A stretch of 55,460 bases of DNA, filler included, from Sphacelaria rigidula (Eukaryota): assembly GCA_964200075.2 (NCBI GenBank). It is 5 parts of 5 records of this genome, joined end to end, with 100 filler letters (N's around TTAATTAATTAA, not from the genome) between each part and the next. Parts side by side here need not be neighbours in the genome. Positions count along the whole stretch, not along the records: positions 44,449 to 55,460 come from CAXNAA020005539.1; 4 more parts are not named here. One strand, 5' to 3'. Positions 48,101 through 55,460 of the stretch are shown piece after piece. A program made the position numbers and the translations under genes. Each line of letters starts with the position of its first letter. The first letter of the stretch is position 1. Below the pieces are notes generated by a model. The model did no database searches. It was not told the origin of the DNA and was given only the letters and a program-made list of their open reading frames with translations.

Positions 48101-51100
48101 TGTCCCATACAAACGGTGAAAAGCGTCCTCGACAAACGTACGCAGGCGGCCGCGCAACTTCCCTCCGCTCGCGAGAGGGATGCACCGACTCTCAACCATC
48201 CGTCAACAAGCAAAAAAATCGCGGTACAGGCGTACTTTCGACTAAAGTTCCGATTGAATAATGAAGACCGGCACTCTTGCACCCAGTCTACTCTCATTGA
48301 ATTTTCTCTGGCGTTTGCATCGTGCTCACGCATTGAACGACGAGAGCTGCTCTAGGTTCTGCTGATAAAGATCGTATCTGTCGTGATTCGAACCTACAAT
48401 CAAACAAAATCCGAGACCTACTCTCACAATACACTCTTCGTTGTAAGCACGAAACTGTGAGGGTATACAACGGCAGCACCGGGATCTTGCTCGGAACTGT
48501 TCTTGATCCCACATCTTTGAAGTTCATCTCTCGCCACCCTTCCTCCCTTGCCCCCCCTCAAATGCCTTTTGGGGGTTGGCGTCGGGTGGTAACGACGCTG
48601 TAAAATACGCTACTCGTCGCGCGAGCTGGGCCACCAGGTCACCGCTTTTTTTTTGCTCACTCTGCGTATTTTATGCGGTAACCATGATGACGGTCGAGCT
48701 GGATCATGTTGTGCAGGGTAGAATAACCTTTTCGCGCAAACGGAGTGATCATATCACGTACTGTTTCGTGTGGTGAGTCACCCATGAGGCAGCGTGGAAC
48801 GGGCGACTGTCCCTGGAAGTTGCGATACCAGAAACTTAAGCAGCTCATTGGAGAGTGTCATCCATATGCCAGATTAGTGGTGCAATTCGGCCCGAATAAC
48901 CTTGCTAGGATGCAGCTCACTCTTCATGCGACTCACCGAGCACATCATAATGCTCCACGCTTGGTGAGGTGATTGATTGCGAGCCCGGTCCGGCGAAAAA
49001 CCGGCGGGCTTCGTTCCCGCTTTGTAGGGATCCGAGACCAACGGCCTCATGACTACGGTATGCAAGATCATAGGTACACCCCCTCCGCGCCTCCCCTTTT
49101 TCTTTTGCGTGTGCTCTGTTCCCTTTCTGCTCAAGCTTTTCTCAGCAAGAAACTGCTTCCGTCCTTACCCGTCCCAGCTTTGTAGGGATGCGATATCAAC
49201 GGTCCCATGACTACGGTATGCAAGATCATGAGCAACCCCCCCCCGTACACCTTTACTTCTCCGAGTGCTCTGTTCCCTTTCTGTGCCGATTTTGTTCAGC
49301 TGATGACTGGTTCCGGTTATTTGCCGTGGGGCACGTGAGTCTTGTGCGCGAGTGGATTCACAGAGAACCATTCAATGTGACCAAGTCGATCAATTAGCCA
49401 TTTCATTCATCCATAGATACATGAATAAAGCTCAATACCCGGAAGGGTGAGGTCGAAATAGCTCAGCCGCAATTTTTCCCCAAGACTTCTTGTTTTTGAC
49501 GATTGGGTGTGACTGTAGTTGTTGCGCAAGAGCTTTCCCACCGAAGTCATGTGGTTGAAGCCGGCCATCACTGGTTTCTTCTTTCCTTCTTATCTTGGTT
49601 TTGTGCCGAATATCTCTCTTTTTTCCCCTTCTTCTCCCCCTTATTTTCTTTTCCTCGTCTACTCTGTCTGTTCTACGTTGCTGTTTCCTTTACTTTTCTT
49701 CAGCGAGCGTTTTCATCTTGTTTTATATCGGTTGCGTCCACCATGTGACCACGGCTGCATCCCTGGGAAATACTCTTGAGGGCGATAATCAAGCTATCAA
49801 TCGATCAAAACCAGTCATAAAAACATGCCCACACTACATAGCCGACACCCACGTAGCGGCGTTCACCCACCTGAGCAAGCGGGAAAAACAGCATCCTCAG
49901 TTCATCCTCCCCCGGTGCGGCCGCCAGCACTCCCGTCCAAACACGCAGACAGGTGAGAACCTTGTTTTTGTGGGCGCAAGCAAATGCAATTCCACGAAAA
50001 TCACAAGTGACGAGGTAAAAACAAGACAAGGACAGATTGCCAATCTGTTTTCAAGGTTGTGTTGGATTTACGGTAAATGCCCGGGTATTCAATCTCTTGA
50101 ATTTTGGCAGCTGCGATAGTCCAATCTCCGAATTCCACCCAATTAGCGGGGTAGAGATAGATACGATCGCATTGCTCTATCCAATATCTGGACATTGTTG
50201 AATACAATCTCAATACTCTACCCAAGTTTCGGGTACTTCAAGTGTGATTTTTCGAGATACCCAAAAGTAGGAATTTTATGTTGCGACTTAGTCTGCCATG
50301 TCGTTCTGTTCGGCTTTTTGTTTTGTGCTGCCCCTTCTTTTTTTCAGAGCGTGTTTCAGTTTTGCTTTTGTTGGGTACGTACGTCTATCATGACACCACG
50401 GCTGGACTCCTGGGGGGTCAGTCAAAGTGCGACAATCAACCAATCAATCAATCGAATAGGAAACGCCCTGCTTAAAGCGCCCTTACAACTTTTGAATGTT
50501 GAACACCATCCCCATCTCACCACAACGGTACAGCGTGTGTACACAGCACACACATGCATTTACATATATATATATATATATACATATATCACATCCTCCA
50601 CAATACATCGCCAATATTTGCAATAGGCCTATACTCTACGCAGTTCATTTTTGTCCAATGCATCTATTGAACTTGTATTGTTCAAGGCGTGATATACGTA
50701 TATTTGTCCGTGTGTGCGTGTGCGCAAACAAACCGGCGCCATCGAAAAAAAAATAGGAACGGCATTGAAACTCACCAGCAGACACGGGAAAGTCTCAGCA
50801 ACTAAATGTTGTGCGGCGGTGTAAAGTGCGAACATCTATCCTTCAGTTCGCCTACAGAAAGTTTGGCATCAAGGAGCACTGCACCATTCACCAGTCAATG
50901 AATGGCCGTGCGGGATATCGGGTGGGTGTAGAACTGAGGAAGAGGTCAGTCACCTTGATTTTGCGTGAACGACTTTACGACGACAAAACCCGAAGCATTC
51001 GACAACTGGCACTAGAGTAAAAGGACAATCACCAGCAGACCCAACAAGGTACAGCAGCCAAATGGGTTCATTCTCGCAGTGCATGGCCGTACTCCAGCTA

Positions 51101-51384
51101 CGCAATTGTCACACCTGAACCGGCTGAAAACCTGAAAACATCTCAACAAAACAAAACATATGACAAAGATAGGTTGTGGTGCTTCTTTACGGTGATGTCA
51201 GAGCATGTCATCACTAGAACAGCTGGTCATCCTCCAGCCCACCTGCCATCTTCGCACGGACTGGAAAGAGTCCTTGGACTTCTGCTGCATTGACCGCCGC
51301 AGCAACAGAGAGAGCTGTCTGATGTACAGGAATGCGTTTTGATAGGCCGATGTGACGTCCATGCTGAACAGCTCAACGACGCAC
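45106..51384 (-). CDS. NOC2: Nucleolar complex protein 2 homolog (Noc2/NOC2L), four internal exons; both ends lie outside the segment
   Basis: Minus-strand exons: 51384-51243 (CVVELFSMDVTSAYQNAFLYIRQLSLLLR...KSKDSFQSVRRWQ), 49960-49871 (VLTCLRVWTGVL...LRMLFFPLAQ), 46427-46266 (VIEGIIRL...RLAAASGLYVP...LLAVL) and 45228-45106. They splice in frame and follow the Noc2 domain motif order (AYxxAFxYIRQL, WQ, PLxQ). Confidence 0.88.
45356..45454. mobile_element. ~100 bp piggyBac-like MITE, intronic
   Basis: TTGA|CCCTTAGACCGCGAGGG ... CCTCTCGCCGCCTAAAGG|TTAA; related to 23871-23979. Confidence 0.65.
45886..46132 (-). mobile_element. tRNA-derived SINE, second copy
   Basis: Begins CCGGTCGCCCCGTTGGCTCAGTTGGTAACCTCGAAAC on the minus strand; the body matches 11570-11828. 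Confidence 0.78.
47916..48049. mobile_element. Palindromic ~135 bp MITE (CACCCTGGACAA...TTGTCCAGGGT); related copy at 46540-46679
   Basis: Both copies have terminal inverted repeats and an internal GTACTGC(G/C)TACAG / CTGTACGCA(G/T)TAC pair. Confidence 0.65.
48740..49250 (+). mobile_element. Retroelement-like 3' end: ORF tail, structured 3' region and C-rich tail, with a tandem partial duplication
   Basis: ORF 48745-48972 aligns with 11113-11290. ATGACTACGGTATGCAAGATCAT occurs twice, at about 49049 and 49208. Confidence 0.7.
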
Positions 51385-51538
51385 CTATTCTCGACACGGC
51401 CGGGGCGGAGGATCGGGGGGGGGGGGGGGGGGGGGGGCGCGCGGGGGGGGTGTTTTTTTCCCACCTCCCACGAGGGGGTTTTTACCAAGAGGAAGAAGGN
51501 NNNNNNNNNACCCCCCCTCCGCCGGGCTCGGCCGCGGG

Positions 51539-51587
<49 letters not shown>

Positions 51588-53667
51588 TCATGAGTGTACG
51601 TTATATCGTCATACTCCAAGGACGTGTCTTAACACGGACGGAGATCGAGGTCGAAATAGAAAATGTTTTTCGATTCCGATATGGCATGTTGGGTCCACGG
51701 TGCATGTCACGTCTGTCGAACGAACAACCACAACGTTAGCCCACCCACCTGAAGCGTTACAAGACGCGGAGCAACACGCGACAGATACCCCTATCTCAAT
51801 TACTGGTCAGTATCTCTTCAATGCCCATTTTTAGGTCCTCTTGTGTACCGCCTTTCAACAAAAGCAAAAAAGGTTGAACTTTTCGATTATGCAGAATACA
51901 CAGTACCACAAGTTCGGAATGGGCACGGCCTAAGTTGGATTTTTTACGGTGAACTCTTCGATAGAACTTGAATTTGATGGCGTCGATAGATTTCGGTACA
52001 ATATTTAGATCATCTTCCTCTCCCAGCGCCCAAGTTAGTCCTGGCCGATGTTATCGGGCGATACAAGTAGATACCCCGTTATCAGGAGGGCGTTATTGAC
52101 CGTGAACACACAGTTATTCGGCTCTAGTGCAATAAGTAGGTAAATATTTGAAAAAAACAGGCACAGGACCCATACATGGGGATAGTTTTGTAGTGAAATA
52201 AATTATTTGCGCGAAGAGCGACCATGGCCTAGCGTTCAATATCGGCACCCGACAAACATGGAATGTGTCCTGTTTCACTGTACTGCAGCACAAACACACT
52301 CACTTCCGGTCTCATGTGCTGTAGCTGTCATTACTGTTCTGTGGTGTGTTTACTCAAAGCAAACACGGTTTGGTCTCCGCTGAGATTTTGCCTGAGCTGC
52401 TGTATTGTTTGTGTTCGTCTCACTGTAAATTGTAGTTTCAGTCACGACGCAGTGCGGTCTACACACTTGAACGTCTGTTGAAAACTTCATGGTACCCGGA
52501 CCCATCACTTGCGCGACACCGAACATGGCTGGGTAAAGACACACAACCACCGCCGCCATACACCGCTCGACCGGCTGGGCCAGACCCATTGCACCGATGA
52601 ACGGAGCAACCCATAGCATAGTGCGGATATACTGCACCGCCAGGGTACTGCTTGCACCAGTCAGTATGGTGGCTGCTGCGGCTGGCATCGGCTCCAGCGC
52701 TCGCGGTCATGGAAAGGCACAACCAGCCACACGGAGACGGGGATATACCGATACACGAGCATCGCAATGACCTCCTACGGCGGCAATGTACCACTCGCTG
52801 TCTGCTAGCCTGCTTGCAGCTTCGTTTCTCTGCTGCTGTTCTATCCGCCCCGGTGCTACTGTTTACTCCTCTACTACAGCACGTGCACTATAGGTGTGAC
52901 TCGAGTCTGCGAGCCAATCACAAACATTTTTTAATGCATACTTCATGATGAAGGTCGCATTTTATTGGCGCTAGATTCCGCCGATTTCTCACTGGAGGGC
53001 CTCCGATTAATTGAATTTCATACTTCACTACAAAACTATATTCCCATGTATGGGCGGTGTGCCAAACAACAAGCCTTTTCATTTCTTCACAAATACGATC
53101 GGGACAGGCTCGATCGACCGAAAATACCGAAGAGTCCAAATCTGGGCTGAAAATTGGCAGGACCCCCGATGACCGGTCAGCCCGCAAGTAACTCAATATT
53201 GATTACACATGGATTTTTTTCTTGGGATGTGGAGCGGATACTAGTATCTTCAGGTCCCCGACGTCATGAGCGGTGGTGAGCAAAATAACTTGAGAAAATC
53301 ACCGATCACGAAGGAATCACGAAATTTTCCGCCTTGAACTTGGGGTAGTGTACTCGGATCTTTTGGGTGACATCGGATATTTTTTCAAGTAGTTTAACTG
53401 CGGTTGATTGGTTCACAGATTTTGTTTCGGGAAATATATTTGCGATAGCTCCGCGTCTATTTTCGATTGTCGATGAGCGTTCGTGCCAAAATAGGCCCTT
53501 CTCCCCTTACCTTCTTCGGACCGAGTCGGCCGTCTCAAGGGGTCAACCCATCTCTACCCCTCTCGAGTGTATCTATGTGATATTTTGTCGTAGAGGATGT
53601 CGGACCAGCACTTCCGCACCTCATCAACTCTCGTCGCGCATTTCCAAGGTTGTGTTTGGTAGGACAT

Positions 53668-53959
53668 CCCAGCTGAAATTATCAATAGGGTATCTTACAC
53701 AAGTGTAAAAGATGTATTTATTCGGAAAATGCCCTTCCAAACCATACCGGAGTGTTCGGAACAAGGCTCCATACCCTGCCGACCCATATCGGATAGTTGG
53801 GTTATAGTTATGTCCCAGCTGAAAATATTAATAGGGTATCTTACACAAGTATAAGAGAGGTATTTAGTCGGAAAATGCCCTACCGAACCATACCAGAGTG
53901 TTCGGAACAAGGCTCCATACCCTACCGAGCCATATCAGATTGTTGGGTTAATGCTATAA
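53668..53959. repeat. Tandem duplication with 146-bp period (2 units)
   Basis: CCCAGCTGAAA.TAT.AATAGGGTATCTTACACAAGT starts at 53668 and again at 53814. Confidence 0.9.
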
Positions 53960-55460
53960 CACATTTGGGTCCTACTGTTTGGTGTGCCAACAAAAAATCT
54001 CCCACTTTCGGGTATAGTCTAGATAGCTAGATAGTATCTTAACAGAACACAACCTTGGAATTGGATTTTCTTGTTGCTGCTCGCGGCATGAGGATTTGAT
54101 CTGTAACGACGAAAATATCATGCTCGAAAACACCATAGCTGGTGACCGGTGTATCCTCTAGGCGACCGGAGGACGGTAATGTGGGGGACCTCAGCAGTCG
54201 AACTGCACACCCAACATGAATAGCCACACGCAAGGGAGAGTCACACAAACACACAAGCACACACACACAGCACTTCGGAAGTACAACACTTTGGGCAAAC
54301 TACCAAACCACCGCGCGAAATTCCCACCTCTCGAAACTCCTCACCATCTTCCTGGATGGTATCATATCGAAAAGGGGCGGTCTTTTCCTCTCCCCTTTTG
54401 GCACCGAACGTCATGTCGTTCCACCCACTTTCGAGTCAACGTCCCGGATGGACGATTTCGAGACAGACCGTTCTTCGGTTCCGATGACACTCTCCGGGCG
54501 CTTTCCGAGGGTAAATGTAAAGTCCATTTAGGAATATATGTGTACGTAGACCTTGACCTATTTTTGTTCTTGTTTCTTTCGGGGTCTTTTTCGTCTGTTT
54601 CTTCTTTTCTCAGGCTACTTCTCATGTATGACATAACCCGCTATCCGAAAAGCCATTTTTTAAAACAAAATGCTTTTCACAGAATTTTTTGAAGTAACCC
54701 TTCTTATGTGATGCAGACTTTATCGAAGTCGGAAGAACGGTGTCCATCGTTTCCTACAAGGCGTGTGGTCATAATTTCAATTTGTGCTGGGGTTACGATC
54801 ATTTTTTTTTGGATTGTGCCGCGCCTGTGTTTCTTTATTAATTATTTTTGGGCTCCATCTTATTTTTTGTTTCGGTTGCCTCCAGTTGGGCGATTAGTCT
54901 GTGACCACGTATACCGCGTACGCATCAGATGCCCAGTACGGAAGCTAGAAGGTACTACCCAGATACCGTAACGAGTTTTTCGGGAAGAGAACAACAAGTG
55001 CCAACTTCACGCATATGGAACGTCGTCCCTGGAGAACAGAGTACCTGCGTGAGCGGTACGGCTCTGAGTAGCAGGTCGTCGACAAGCAACAAGGAGAAAT
55101 AAAGACGAAAGAAAAAATCCATCTCAGTTGGTCTGGTTGCTGGTGATGGGATCAATTGATCTACGAGCTGGGCCAGCAGAATGTGCCGCATTTGCATCTC
55201 CAACCGTAACTCAAGTTTACCAAATCAGCTCAACTCAAGCATATCGCTGTGAGCTGCAAACTGACACAGTAATGCACGGCACCGCCGCTGGTCGATTGAC
55301 AAAATTTTGGCGATGATGTTTTTGTACTGCATTGAGTACCCGGAACGTCTCGTGTCGTTGCGTGGTAGCGTGACTGACGACGTTTCGTTTCATGGAATGT
55401 GGTGGAATTACGGTAGGGAACTGCGCCGCACAGGCACGAGTTGACTCGACATGCGCAGGC

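Noticed and set aside
51415..51585. G-quadruplex or Gly/Pro-rich ORFs
   Set aside because: Poly-G runs around a 10-N gap are unreliable sequence.
52690..52750. Desaturase exon 3 pseudogene fragment (QRS...GTTSHTETGD)
   Set aside because: The match is too short, the His box is absent and there is no flanking similarity.

Overview
Eukaryotic, intron-rich and repeat-rich DNA, most likely from a brown alga (Phaeophyceae). This is inferred from a bipartite ASAF-type plastid presequence, short GC-rich exons in multi-kb introns and a flagellar gene. The window is not one continuous locus. It is five segments of exactly 11,012 bp (1-11012, 11113-22124, 22225-33236, 33337-44348, 44449-55460) joined by identical 100-nt N/TTAATTAATTAA/N linkers, so nothing should be inferred across the linkers. 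Segment 1 is mostly transposon debris: a Copia integrase pseudogene, a hAT-type element carrying a 43-44 bp hairpin repeat array with a nested piggyBac-like insert, and an RTE-type LINE fragment. Segment 2 holds the 3' exons of a JmjC (NO66/MINA-like) oxygenase and an orphan SLC35F5-like exon. Segment 3 holds the 3' exons of a CFAP36-like gene. Segment 4 holds a complete six-exon plastid omega-6/delta-12-type fatty acid desaturase. Segment 5 holds four internal exons of NOC2. Introns and intergenic DNA contain many MITEs, foldback elements, tRNA-derived SINEs and retroelement 3' ends. I cannot demonstrate a wholly new biological system from the sequence alone. The best leads are a C-tailed retroelement family with conserved 3' stem-loops, a 457-bp intronic foldback, the nested element, a ~95-bp degenerate repeat array and a candidate 15-nt microexon.
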